From NCBI GenBank assembly GCA_000998045.1, contig LCCS01000007.1:5220-69219 (forward strand): a DNA stretch of 64,000 nt. Reading direction: 5' to 3'. Below the pieces are notes generated by a model, which saw nothing but the letters and a program-made list of their open reading frames with translations, was not told the origin of the DNA and did not search any database. The DNA is from Parcubacteria group bacterium GW2011_GWD2_42_14 (GTDB lineage: Bacteria; Patescibacteriota; Minisyncoccia; Phycocordibacterales; UBA12088). Shown here one piece after another: positions 52,769 through 62,265 of this stretch (positions are counted from its first letter, which is position 1; each line of letters begins with the position of its first letter). A program made the position numbers and the translations under genes.

Positions 52769-53917
52769 TTAAAACTTTCCGGATGAAGCTGGAATTAGTG
52801 TGCTTCTAAAGCTAACTTCTTCTTGATAACAAGTTCTTCCAGTATCATGGGTATACCATTTTGAACCCGCATCCATATATCGCGTAGTTTGTTGTGTTTC
52901 TGACGGAAGTGCAAATGTTGCACAAAGTTCAAATCCTCCGGTACTCAACCCTTCTCTCGTCTCAAGTGGCCTAACCACGCGATACTCGTATTGAGCACCT
53001 GTCTCAGGATCACGTCTGTTTGCACAGTACGAGAGCGAGCTATTTTTCTCCAATTCCGAGAGATTTGATGGTAGACGCTCAAACTGATTTGCAAAGCCGT
53101 TAACACACATCGCCAGTTCATCAAGGTCACTTGATCGTCGAGCGTCAAATGTTCGATCTCGTTCACTTGCGGGTGAGCCGGTCGCAACAAACCCAAGAAT
53201 AATTCCCAAGAGTGTAATACCCACGAGGCCCCAGCCAAACATTTGGAATGACGTGCGTTGTATGTCACCTCGATATTGTATTTTCTTTCGTTCAAGGAAA
53301 TAAAAGCCAAAGATAGAGCTAGCGAGTACCAATACTGTGATACCCTTAAGGAAGAAGCGAATACTTATTTCTCCTTGCAAGAACGTGTACAAAATGGTGA
53401 TGAGGTCACCCACAATAACTACCGCAGCTACAAGGAGTACGAGGTACGTAACCCATTTTGTGAGATTTGACTCAACCTTATTCTCCTCTTCCCGAAACTT
53501 CTTAAACCACATACGAATAGCCATCACAAACAACGGTACTCCTATGATGAGTCCTGCCATTGCGTAGTGTATCGCATTACTTGCTCCACCGTAGTAGTAC
53601 ACAGACTGGAGTGGGTCTGGGAAAAAGTGCTCAATTATTTTAAAGTAGAGTGTTCCAAGCGCAGTTGTAATAATACCAAGCAGTATGAAAGAAAAAAGGT
53701 TTAACACCACTTCTACCGTACTTGATTTTTTTGCAAAGAGTCCGCGTGTTCCTTTCTGTGGCACGGGCACTCCTCCATCCACAAGTGCTTGTGCATATGC
53801 TGTACTAGCCTCATCTTCAGACCAACCAACCGCAACAAGCTGTTCTAGAATGTCTTTCTTTGAAACTCTTTGTTCGATTTGTTTGGCAATATATGCCGAT
53901 AATGTTTGAGGTTCCAT
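52769..53917 (-). CDS. Polytopic membrane protein (hypothetical)
   Basis: Multiple TM helices in the central part, soluble N- and C-terminal domains, no motif. Confidence 0.5.
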   Translation of the reverse strand: MEPQTLSAYIAKQIEQRVSKKDILEQLVAVGWSEDEASTAYAQALVDGGVPVPQKGTRGLFAKKSSTVEVVLNLFSFILLGIITTALGTLYFKIIEHFFPDPLQSVYYYGGASNAIHYAMAGLIIGVPLFVMAIRMWFKKFREEENKVESNLTKWVTYLVLLVAAVVIVGDLITILYTFLQGEISIRFFLKGITVLVLASSIFGFYFLERKKIQYRGDIQRTSFQMFGWGLVGITLLGIILGFVATGSPASERDRTFDARRSSDLDELAMCVNGFANQFERLPSNLSELEKNSSLSYCANRRDPETGAQYEYRVVRPLETREGLSTGGFELCATFALPSETQQTTRYMDAGSKWYTHDTGRTCYQEEVSFRSTLIPASSGKF

Positions 53918-54034
53918 AAGTATATGAGTGAGTACTAATATATAAACTGTAGCACGCGTGGGTAGTTATGCAATCAGTAAACAAGCAAGGTCATGTGTTA
54001 CCACATGACCTTGTAAAAATAACCGGCATCCTGG

Positions 54035-55891
54035 TTATTTCCCGTAATACTGAGCAATCCGTGCAGCGAGTCTCCCACGTTCAACCGTCCGAAGCGTTAT
54101 GAGGTTCATCAAATCGGTACCACGTGTTGCATCAATCAGTTTCGCAACACCAGAATCCCGGAAAGATATACCAACATCATCCTGCTCCACATTTCCCGTA
54201 AGGACTAACTGCCCACCTTCCTGTACACGCGAGCCAAGCATTTTACCTTGATTTGTTTTCGTGTGCTGTGCTTCGTCGATCAAAGCGATGTTAGAGATAT
54301 TTGCACCTCGAAGAAGACTCACGCTTTCAAAACTCGTGCCTTCCCCTTGAAGATGCACCCACAAGGCTTCCAGTCTAGCTATCTCGTCACTTACATAGCC
54401 TCCACCTTTTACTTGCTGACCGGCTTTTTTGGTTGCCACCCTATCTCTCCGGTACTGTCGTCGCTTGGATTTAGGTAGAGTCTTTATATCGACAGCCAGT
54501 GTATCTTCCTCCGCCACTTTTTTTTCATTTGCACAAAACTTCTTTTTCTCCTTAATATCTTTTGAGAGTAAACGCAGGAGGGTATCTCTACCTCCCAATA
54601 CTCCAGGAAGAAAGTTTTTGATTTTCGATTCCACACTGCCAGGAAGAAAACCAATCGATTCCCCAGATTCAACAGCATCACGAGAAACCTGAACTATTTT
54701 ATGCACACCATTTTTGATTTGTTGGTATGCACAAGCAAGGGTTATAAAAGTCTTACCTGTACCAGCTCCACCCTCTGCAATAACCAAGGGCGTCCTGTAG
54801 TCCAAAATTGCATTGACAAGGCAATTTTGTTCTGCATTCATAGCATGAACGTAGAAAACTTTTTCTTGGTACTGATAATCTTTCAGTTCCCGTACATGAA
54901 CGGTTTGTGCGTTTACTTTCTCAAGCACAATGTACTGCCGCTCTGTCTCAGGCTCCAGTTGCCGACGCGTTTCAGAATCCAGAGGTCGCCCAAAAATAAG
55001 AAATTCATACATCACCACGTTTTCAAATTCTTTCCCTTTAAAAACGTACTCCCTTTTTCCGTCCTGCTGTGGTATTGGGTGTGGCATTTCTCCATCTTCG
55101 GTCTTTTGCCTTCGCAATAACTCCAAAGGGAAGTAATGTACGCCCTTTGAACGAAAACTCTCTTCACTTGGAGTTTCATTCAGGTACGTTTCGACACGTA
55201 AACCCACGAGTAACCCAACGATACGCATGATGTTGTCAAAAGAAACGAGTAAAAAGTCATGACTTTTTCCTTCGGGTAACACAGCATCCTCTTTTCTCTT
55301 CTTGAGACAAGAGCGTAGAATTTCATGATCAGAATTATCCGGATCAAGAAATTTTTCCAACTCATTTTCTTTGGGCATTTCGAAAAACAGTTTCGCCTTG
55401 AAATGCTTCCTGCTTCTACCATTGGGAATTTTCTCCCCCGGCTTTATCAAAGGAATCCCATTTTTTATTTGGCTCATTGGAACACTTTCTGTAAGGTATA
55501 AAAGCATTTTCGCAGCTGTGCGAGCATTCCTTGTTTGCTTCTCATCCCCTCCTTTCTTTGGAACTTTTTTTCTATCAAGCTCCAGTAATACCTTTAGTGG
55601 TATAAAAATATCATTGTCGTCATCTTTAGGGTCCTTACCGTTGAAGTGAAACATGGCCAAAGGATCTGTCATAAGAATATTCGTATCAAGGGCAATGAGT
55701 TTCCTTTTTTTTGCTCCCTTGTACATACAAGAACTACCAAAAGGGGTTTGTTTTTTTTGTACCCTCTTTTTGTTGTTTGATTTCTTTACTGGTCTTGTAG
55801 TCCCACCGGTGATTGTTGGCATGGGTAGCCTCCTTGGTAGATTGTTTGTATTTCTTCTGTAAAGGTCCAGAAACCTACTTCCACTGTACAT
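54035..55891 (-). CDS. PhoH2-type protein: N-terminal PIN domain fused to a PhoH-like P-loop ATPase, with a long basic N-terminal extension and insertions
   Basis: PIN: IALDTNILMTDPLAMFHF…IPLKVLLELD…LVSFDNIMRIVGLLVGLRVETY. PhoH: NCLVNAILDYRTPLVIAEGGAGTGKTFITLA…ALIDEAQH. Confidence 0.7.
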   Translation of the reverse strand: MYSGSRFLDLYRRNTNNLPRRLPMPTITGGTTRPVKKSNNKKRVQKKQTPFGSSCMYKGAKKRKLIALDTNILMTDPLAMFHFNGKDPKDDDNDIFIPLKVLLELDRKKVPKKGGDEKQTRNARTAAKMLLYLTESVPMSQIKNGIPLIKPGEKIPNGRSRKHFKAKLFFEMPKENELEKFLDPDNSDHEILRSCLKKRKEDAVLPEGKSHDFLLVSFDNIMRIVGLLVGLRVETYLNETPSEESFRSKGVHYFPLELLRRQKTEDGEMPHPIPQQDGKREYVFKGKEFENVVMYEFLIFGRPLDSETRRQLEPETERQYIVLEKVNAQTVHVRELKDYQYQEKVFYVHAMNAEQNCLVNAILDYRTPLVIAEGGAGTGKTFITLACAYQQIKNGVHKIVQVSRDAVESGESIGFLPGSVESKIKNFLPGVLGGRDTLLRLLSKDIKEKKKFCANEKKVAEEDTLAVDIKTLPKSKRRQYRRDRVATKKAGQQVKGGGYVSDEIARLEALWVHLQGEGTSFESVSLLRGANISNIALIDEAQHTKTNQGKMLGSRVQEGGQLVLTGNVEQDDVGISFRDSGVAKLIDATRGTDLMNLITLRTVERGRLAARIAQYYGK

Positions 55892-55913
55892 TTTTTACCC
55901 ATTTTGTCTATGA

Positions 55914-55948
55914 CGCAAAAATCCCCGAACGTCAAGACGTCGGGGATT
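55914..55948 (-). terminator. Rho-independent terminator downstream of the GGDEF gene
   Basis: Minus strand AATCCCCGACGTCTTGACGTTCGGGGATT followed by TTTTGCG. Confidence 0.5.
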
Positions 55949-55962
55949 AAAGAACGAAAGAA

Positions 55963-56571
55963 CTACAATTCTGATGGGTTATATCGCGACCCACCTGGCA
56001 ATTCTTTCCTTGCATTACAGTCCATGTCGGCCCTGTGGTAGATGGTACCAAACGTCTCGTCACAAGAAATTGTGGAGGCTGTCCCATAAGTGAAATTGGT
56101 ATTCACCTTATCACCCTCCGCAAAAGAAAAATGGTACTGTGCAAATTTTTTCTGAGCACGTTTCATAATTTCGCGTATTACTTCATCCGAAGTATCGGTA
56201 AAAATAATAACAAACTCATCTCCATAGAGGTGCCCAACGACTTCATCGGGACGAGTGGAGTGGAGCAATATTTCTCCTGCCACCTTCAACACTTTGTCAC
56301 CATTTTTGTGCCCGTAACGATTATTAACTAGGCCAAAATGATCAAGGTCTATGGCAACAACCGTGATTTTTTGAAACAAACCGCGGTGAAAATGACCAAA
56401 GATTGACCGCACTACCGCTTCCAGTCCACGCTCGTTGGGAAGACCTGAAATAGAACTTGCATATGCTTGGATTTTTGTGTACTCAAGCTTACGATATAGG
56501 TACCACAGTGCGAGGAATTGTATAAAAATTAAAAACCACGCGAGCCACTCAGAATGTCCCATAACCTTCAC
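55963..56571 (-). CDS. GGDEF-domain protein with N-terminal TM; A-site motif reads YGDEF
   Basis: GGDEF-domain features ITVVAIDLDHFGLVNNRYGHKNGDKVL and HLYGDEFVIIF; the first Gly of GG(D/E)EF is replaced by Tyr. Confidence 0.7.
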   Translation of the reverse strand: MKVMGHSEWLAWFLIFIQFLALWYLYRKLEYTKIQAYASSISGLPNERGLEAVVRSIFGHFHRGLFQKITVVAIDLDHFGLVNNRYGHKNGDKVLKVAGEILLHSTRPDEVVGHLYGDEFVIIFTDTSDEVIREIMKRAQKKFAQYHFSFAEGDKVNTNFTYGTASTISCDETFGTIYHRADMDCNARKELPGGSRYNPSEL

Positions 56572-56815
56572 CCTTTGTTAATTTTCCTTATTTCTAGAAC
56601 GTACCCATCCTGTCTGTATTATATCACTATATATAGCATTATGTCAATGCATTTTGGGTAAAATACCCATATATGTAGAGCTAAATTATGAAGTGTAAAG
56701 TCAAAAGTAGTAAGCTCATATAATACAAGTTTTTGTTTTTTGCTCACGGCTCTCGGCTCAAGGCTAATACCCCGCCATAGCGAGACAAGCTTTCAACTTT
56801 CAAGTCTTTGTATAA

Positions 56816-56937
56816 AGGACCTACGCAAGCGGATGCAGTTCGAGGCGCGCAAACAAAATACTACGAGGCGTATTAGGTATACGATGAGGAGTATTTTGTG
56901 CAGCGCAACGATGAAATGCGCCGTTTGCGTAGGACCT
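56816..56937. repeat. Structured intergenic element copy E (short form). Outer inverted repeat AGGACCTACGCAAGCGG / CCGTTTGCGTAGGACCT. Its 3' arm overlaps the TAG stop of the ABC-F gene.
   Basis: Core ATGCAGTTCGAGGCGCGCAAACAAAATACTACGAGGCGTATTAGGTATACGATGAGGAGTATTTTGTGCAGCGCAACGATGAAATGCGCCG; inner stem ACAAAATACT/AGTATTTTGT. Confidence 0.6.
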
Positions 56938-58414
56938 ATTTCTTTTTTTTATCGAGGTCGATAGTATCGTCGATACGAATTTGCGCCACAAACTCAGGGA
57001 CGTGAGACACAAGGAGCATAGCCCCTTCATACGAGTCGAGTGCCTTTGCTATCACAGGAATATGTCGGAAGTTGATATGATTGGTTGGCTCATCAAGAAT
57101 AATAAGTCCGGGTTTAAGCAAAACGAGTCGAGCAAACGCCACCAATCCTTTTTGCCCTTCAGAGAGAAGTCCAATCTTCGTGTTAATGATATCACTCGTT
57201 ATTAAAAACCCCGCTGCTGTTGCGCGCATGTCTTCTTGGAATTTTTCCTCCATTACCGACATAAGACAATCATAGACGGTCTGATCAAAATCGAGGTTTG
57301 AAAAATCTTGTCGGTAGTACCCTATCTTTACACCCTGCGCCACCATTTCCCCCTTTGCATGTCCTTTGGCAAGCGACTCGAGAAGTGTCGTTTTCCCTAT
57401 ACCGTTCGGTCCTACGATTTGAAAGTGTTGCCCCCTTTTCAAGACTACATCACATTTGACCTCTTTAGGAGTGTGGTCGCGAATAACGGTATACGACGTA
57501 AGCCGTAAAATCTCTGAGGGTATGTCCTGTTGGACCGGTATTGTAAATCGTCGAATCGCTCGGTCTTCTTTTCGCACCTCTACCTTGTTCTCCTCATGTT
57601 CTTCCACTTTCTCTCGCATCCGTTTGGCAACGAGACGCATCCCCCCACCTTTATGTGCAAAGAAGTTTGCTTTATCTTTGTTTGCCTGAATCTCCTTTTC
57701 CAATTGCGCATTCTTCCTTTTTTCTTTGAGTACGCGAGCAGCTATTTCCTCGACAACGTCATGATAATCGCCTTCGTACCGTTCGATGGTGTGCATTTGT
57801 TCATTCAAGTACAACACGCCGTGAGTAAAAGCATTCAAAAAGTCGGCATCGTGTGAAATGACAATCACGGTCTTTGTGTATGTCTTCAAAAACTCAGTGA
57901 GATGTTCTATCCCAGCGCTGTCTAGGTTGTTGGTTGGTTCATCGAGCAATAGCACATCTGGATTTTGGATAAGCGCGGAAGCCAATAGGAGACGTGCTTG
58001 TTGTCCTCCGGAAAAACTCCCAACTATTCTATCTTTGAACGAGTCACGTACTTTAGGATTCTTGGGTAAAAGATTCACTACCTCAAGTATCTCGTCAATT
58101 TTTGGATCAATGTTGTACACTTTTTCAGGAAAGCATGCTTCAAAAAATTCTCGCACTGAGAGGAGAAGCTCGTCTCGTGGTATCACTTGCCGTGAGATCG
58201 CAATACTGGTATGTGGCATAACATTTACCTTTCCTTCATCGGGCTTATATAGCCCTCCTATTAGGCCAAAGAGCGTGCTCTTACCTGCACCGTTTTGCCC
58301 CATGAGAGTAAGCTTCGCTCCACGTCGAATAGAAAAACTTGTCTCAACAAGAATTGGTTTATGCACACTATGTTCGAATGACACGGTGTCAAACGATATA
58401 AGTCCTCGAGGCAC
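56936..58414 (-). CDS. ABC-F family ATPase (two ABC domains, no TMD), EttA/Uup-like
   Basis: Domain 1: MGQNGAGKSTLF, LSGGQQARL, LLLDEPTNNLD. Domain 2: IVGPNGIGKTTLL, LSEGQKGLVAFARL, IILDEPTNHI. GTG start at 58414. Confidence 0.8.
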   Translation of the reverse strand: MPRGLISFDTVSFEHSVHKPILVETSFSIRRGAKLTLMGQNGAGKSTLFGLIGGLYKPDEGKVNVMPHTSIAISRQVIPRDELLLSVREFFEACFPEKVYNIDPKIDEILEVVNLLPKNPKVRDSFKDRIVGSFSGGQQARLLLASALIQNPDVLLLDEPTNNLDSAGIEHLTEFLKTYTKTVIVISHDADFLNAFTHGVLYLNEQMHTIERYEGDYHDVVEEIAARVLKEKRKNAQLEKEIQANKDKANFFAHKGGGMRLVAKRMREKVEEHEENKVEVRKEDRAIRRFTIPVQQDIPSEILRLTSYTVIRDHTPKEVKCDVVLKRGQHFQIVGPNGIGKTTLLESLAKGHAKGEMVAQGVKIGYYRQDFSNLDFDQTVYDCLMSVMEEKFQEDMRATAAGFLITSDIINTKIGLLSEGQKGLVAFARLVLLKPGLIILDEPTNHINFRHIPVIAKALDSYEGAMLLVSHVPEFVAQIRIDDTIDLDKKKK

Positions 58415-58435
58415 ACTCTATCAACGGTGTGCCAA

Positions 58436-58545
58436 AGTTGAATGTTAAAAGTTGAAAGTTGAAAGCACTTTTTACGCAAGCCCGCATATGCGGGCTTGCG
58501 AACTTTTAACTTAGTACTTTCAACTTTTAACTTGGTGAGAGTTGC
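58436..58545. repeat. Hairpin element: perfect GC hairpin GCAAGCCCGCATATGCGGGCTTGC flanked by inverted AAAGTTGAA-type repeats, in the divergent spacer between the ABC-F and Nudix genes
   Basis: Same build as 18137-18250. Confidence 0.45.
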
Positions 58546-58609
58546 GATATTTTTATCTATCTGTAGTATCTACCACAGAATCAACAAACCAATATAATAG
58601 GAGAACAGT

Positions 58610-59125
58610 ATGGATAACCCTCAAGAAGAAAAGAAACTATCCTTAGCAGCAGTGTGTTTACTTTATAAAGAAGGGAAAATCCTTCTTGCTTGGAAAACTG
58701 ACAAAATCGGTAAAGATACATGGAATGGATACGGTGGTGGTGTTGAACAAGGTGAGACGATTGAAGAATGTGCTCTTCGAGAATTGGAAGAGGAAACAGA
58801 TGGTGTTATAGCACTGCAACGGAATCTCGAAAAAATAGCAATCGTACATTTTCATAACACCATGACCACAGGAGAAACTTTTGTCTGCGTCGTTCATTTT
58901 TTCTTGGTAGATAAATGGTTGGGTGAAGTACACGAAACAAAGGAAATGATACATCCGCGATGGTTCCCCATTGACGCACTACCGTTCCATGAAATGATGC
59001 CTTCAGACAAAGACTGGCTTCCTATCGCCCTTGGAGGAAGTAAGATTATTGTCCACGCACACCTTGGACCATTTCAGAAAGAGTTACTCCGTCCAACAGA
59101 AATCGAGTACGTAACTGAGTTTTAA
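58610..59125 (+). CDS. Nudix hydrolase
   Basis: Nudix box GGGVEQGETIEECALRELEEETDGV. Confidence 0.75.
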   Translation: MDNPQEEKKLSLAAVCLLYKEGKILLAWKTDKIGKDTWNGYGGGVEQGETIEECALRELEEETDGVIALQRNLEKIAIVHFHNTMTTGETFVCVVHFFLVDKWLGEVHETKEMIHPRWFPIDALPFHEMMPSDKDWLPIALGGSKIIVHAHLGPFQKELLRPTEIEYVTEF

Positions 59126-59274
59126 CCTATTTTCCTACACAAAAACGCTTCCTCGTCCTAAGACTTGGGAGCGTTTAAGATTTAAAAAACCACACATTGA
59201 CAACACCTGCGTGAACCTGTACAACGGAGCAAGAATTCACCACCATACATGTTCACTTTTTTAGGGAGATTGCC

Positions 59275-59448
59275 ATGGCAAAATTTAGAAGTAAATACGG
59301 AAGAAAGTGGAGAAGCAAACGCGTCTGCAAGAAATCTGTACCTACAGTCCCTGGTACGTCCGGTAGTGAAAAACGGAAACTTGCCACAGTCGTCAAAATT
59401 CTTTCTGTCTTTACTTGCGTATGTCTCGCGATCGTCTTCCTTTTGTAG
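59275..59448 (+). CDS. Small (57-aa) basic protein with C-terminal hydrophobic helix, preceded by a strong SD (AGGGAG-6nt-ATG). Speculative.
   Basis: MAKFRSKYGRKWRSKRVCKKSVPTVPGTSGSEKRKLATVVKILSVFTCVCLAIVFLL; an SD-like purine tract is rare among the other starts in this window. It competes with the track ORF 59249..59557, which runs through the terminator hairpin. Confidence 0.3.
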   Translation: MAKFRSKYGRKWRSKRVCKKSVPTVPGTSGSEKRKLATVVKILSVFTCVCLAIVFLL

Positions 59449-59494
59449 AGATTCCGCAACTTCATTTTCCTGTACCATTTTATATCGGAACTTC

Positions 59495-59531
59495 AAAACC
59501 CTTTTCGAGTTTGAAAAGGGTTTTGCTTTTA
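59495..59531. terminator. Perfect 12-bp hairpin AAAACCCTTTTC-GAGTT-GAAAAGGGTTTT followed by GCTTTTATT, between convergent genes
   Basis: Direct read; T-run on the plus side. Confidence 0.5.
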
Positions 59532-59558
59532 TTCACTTTCCTCTTGTGTATGACTAGA

Positions 59559-59783
59559 TTACACAACACATGAACACTTCTCTTCTGCCTGAGAACACTT
59601 CTGACACTGTGCTTGCATCTTTCTTCCAGAACTACAGGTACGCCAATGCATAGGATCATACACTTTGGAACTCATGCCACACCCTGGACACTTCCAGTCC
59701 GGCGCAGGACTCCCGCAAACACTGCACGTTGAACTCGATATATGTGCAACAATTTGTGTACTAATTTTTCCGTTATTTTCCAT
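59559..59783 (-). CDS. Small Cys-rich zinc-ribbon protein (hypothetical)
   Basis: CSVCGSPAPDWKCPGCG … CQKCSQAEEKCSC, at least 11 Cys in 74 aa. Confidence 0.4.
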   Translation of the reverse strand: MENNGKISTQIVAHISSSTCSVCGSPAPDWKCPGCGMSSKVYDPMHWRTCSSGRKMQAQCQKCSQAEEKCSCVV

Positions 59784-60149
59784 ATATATACAACCTTAAA
59801 CACTGGGTAAGTAATGCGACTGTAAAACTTCTACAGGATTTTATTTTAAGACTTAAGCAAATGGATGTAGTTCTAGGAAAACAAACAAAATGGAGTAAGC
59901 TGTACTCGTTGTACAGTGAACGACATTTTGTGCCACTATGCTTTTTTGTCTTTCTTTGGTTTCTTTTTCTCTTTTCGCGCGTCTTTTCCTTTAGCCATAC
60001 TTGTTATTACATTACTGGTACACGTATATTCTACATTCTACCTCACATCACCAGTGAAGAACTAGTGGAGAATATCTCCTCAGTGTTCATTCTCGCCCTC
60101 GTCTGCAACTCTTACTCGAAACTTCATACTTCTTTGCTACAGTCAAAGC

Positions 60150-60788
60150 ATGAAGCTAACAAGACACTCTGTTTCCTCTCTACTCATCTTTTCCGTTAAT
60201 GGTTTATTTGTGGTAGCTACCGGCTACGCACTCATGTACGCACAGTGGTCAACATTGTTTATTGTGGCACAAGGAACCTTGCTCAATTACACCCCCTTTC
60301 TTCTTGAAAAAAAGTATGCAATACATACCCCTCGTGAAATTCATGCAAGTATTTCTCTGTTTGTATTTGGCTCCTTTATTCTCGGCGAGGTGCAGAATTT
60401 TTATAATACGATATGGTGGTGGGACGCTTTGCTCCATTTTAGTGCTGGGTACATGCTCACTGTTATTGCCCTCATCATGCTTTCTGTTGTGTTTACCGGC
60501 AAGAATATCACTACCACACCATTTGTAATGACACTATTTGCAGGTTCGTTTGCAATAGCAGGAAGTAGTGTGTGGGAAGTGTATGAGTTTCTTATTGACC
60601 CGTTCACCGAAACGGTCATGCAACCCTCACTCACTGACACCATGTGGGATATAATGCTGGCAAGTATTGCTTCCCTACTCGCATCATTTCACGGGTGGAG
60701 TTACTTCAAAAAGAAGAAAACAAAACCAACCGCATTGATAGAAAAAATAATTAGAGATGGTGTTCAAAAAAACCAGATGTACTCTTAA
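60150..60788 (+). CDS. Polytopic membrane protein (hypothetical)
   Basis: 5-6 TM helices, WWWDALLHFSAGYML, C-terminal KKKK tail. Confidence 0.45.
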   Translation: MKLTRHSVSSLLIFSVNGLFVVATGYALMYAQWSTLFIVAQGTLLNYTPFLLEKKYAIHTPREIHASISLFVFGSFILGEVQNFYNTIWWWDALLHFSAGYMLTVIALIMLSVVFTGKNITTTPFVMTLFAGSFAIAGSSVWEVYEFLIDPFTETVMQPSLTDTMWDIMLASIASLLASFHGWSYFKKKKTKPTALIEKIIRDGVQKNQMYS

Positions 60789-60791
60789 AAT

Positions 60792-62090
60792 TTATTTCCA
60801 CAAATTACTACTATCATCACTTACAGAAGTGGTCGATACTGAAGAAGTAAACCAGTCAATATTTCGAGTGAGGTACATGACACCGGCGATAAGCAAGAAA
60901 ATGAGAGCCGAACCAAAAAGAAGGGCGTAATCTTCAAGCTTGAGCACGACATACATAAAACCATAGAGCACACAAAGAAGCATGGCAACATACCCTGCCC
61001 GCGCCCTTTCTTTAAGAATACTCATACTATATGTGGTGATGAGCACTATAGTTAGCACTGTTGCGAGCATGTAGGAGTACAAGAAGCCAATATGTTCTGT
61101 GAGTGACAAAAGAAGAAGATAGAACAATGCAAGAGACGCACCAATGAGTAAGTACTGTACGGGGTGAAGGCGAATCTTCGTTAATGTTTCAAAAAGGAAA
61201 AAAGCAGTAAACGTGATTAGTATGAAAAGTACCGCATACTTAACACTTCTGAAGACTTGTGTATACCGCCCTACTCCTTCATACAACCCTACCCCAAACT
61301 GCGAGTTCATAAGCATGTCTATGTTTACTCCCCCATCACTTTGCCAGTGTTGCGGATAACTCCTTCCAAAAGAAGATACATTCCACGTTGCCTCAAATCC
61401 TTCTTGTGTAACCGTACGTTCGGTCGGCAAATACGCACCTACAAACTCAGGACTATCCCACACTGAAGATGCTCGTACCACCGTCTCACTTCCCACAGGC
61501 ACAAAAAGAGCACGGTCACTTCCCCTTACTTCAACTTCAAAAGAGAAAGGATACTCAGTGGCGCTTTTCGACAACGGGACAAACGCATGGACACCGGAAC
61601 CTTGAAAAAAATCAACCGTGGTCCCTGGGTAAAATGGCGTATCGTTCATGTTCCAAGAAAGAGACAACTGTTTTTCAATACTCCGTGTATCTGATAAAGA
61701 GACGACCAACCTTGGTTGCACGGCTAACAAATTTTTCGGAATGTCTGAAGCAGAAAATGATCCATGAACGGTAATTTTTTCTGTGTATACTACAGAATCA
61801 AAAATACCTCTGCTTCGAATCTCAGGTACTAACGTGCTTTCGATTTCCAAACGTTGTGGGAGCACGTATGAAAAAACAGACTCCTTGTCCTTTTGTGGAA
61901 TCTCAAACACGAGAACCGGCCCAAGCACTGTTTGAGCGCTCCCCCAACTCTCTGCAATCTCTTGTTGCACTTGTGTATAGCGGTGTTCACGCTCCATTAC
62001 CAAACCCAACACAAGATAACTTGCAATTAGACAAATGACGGCAATAAAGCCAACACCAAATAATTTCTTTGAGACACTGTGTGTATTCAT
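60792..62090 (-). CDS. CreD-like inner-membrane protein (N-terminal TM, large extracytoplasmic domain, C-terminal cluster of TM helices)
   Basis: Topology and size (432 aa) match the CreD family; no sharp motif, so low confidence. Confidence 0.45.
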   Translation of the reverse strand: MNTHSVSKKLFGVGFIAVICLIASYLVLGLVMEREHRYTQVQQEIAESWGSAQTVLGPVLVFEIPQKDKESVFSYVLPQRLEIESTLVPEIRSRGIFDSVVYTEKITVHGSFSASDIPKNLLAVQPRLVVSLSDTRSIEKQLSLSWNMNDTPFYPGTTVDFFQGSGVHAFVPLSKSATEYPFSFEVEVRGSDRALFVPVGSETVVRASSVWDSPEFVGAYLPTERTVTQEGFEATWNVSSFGRSYPQHWQSDGGVNIDMLMNSQFGVGLYEGVGRYTQVFRSVKYAVLFILITFTAFFLFETLTKIRLHPVQYLLIGASLALFYLLLLSLTEHIGFLYSYMLATVLTIVLITTYSMSILKERARAGYVAMLLCVLYGFMYVVLKLEDYALLFGSALIFLLIAGVMYLTRNIDWFTSSVSTTSVSDDSSNLWK

Positions 62091-62265
62091 ACTATTGTTA
62101 TATAAATCATGTGTACAGAATGTAACCGTGGTACAAGTACGAAAGTTGCATATTGCACATGCCTAAAATACCACAAATTTCTCACCATGGTACACAACGT
62201 GGCAATTACAACACGAGTTTTACAAAAAGCGCACCGTATACTACGGTGCGCTTATACCAAACATG

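Noticed and set aside
59182-59496. Minus-strand 104-aa ORF and 59253..59465
   Set aside because: They overlap the better-supported SD-led small ORF and have no features, so they were not called.
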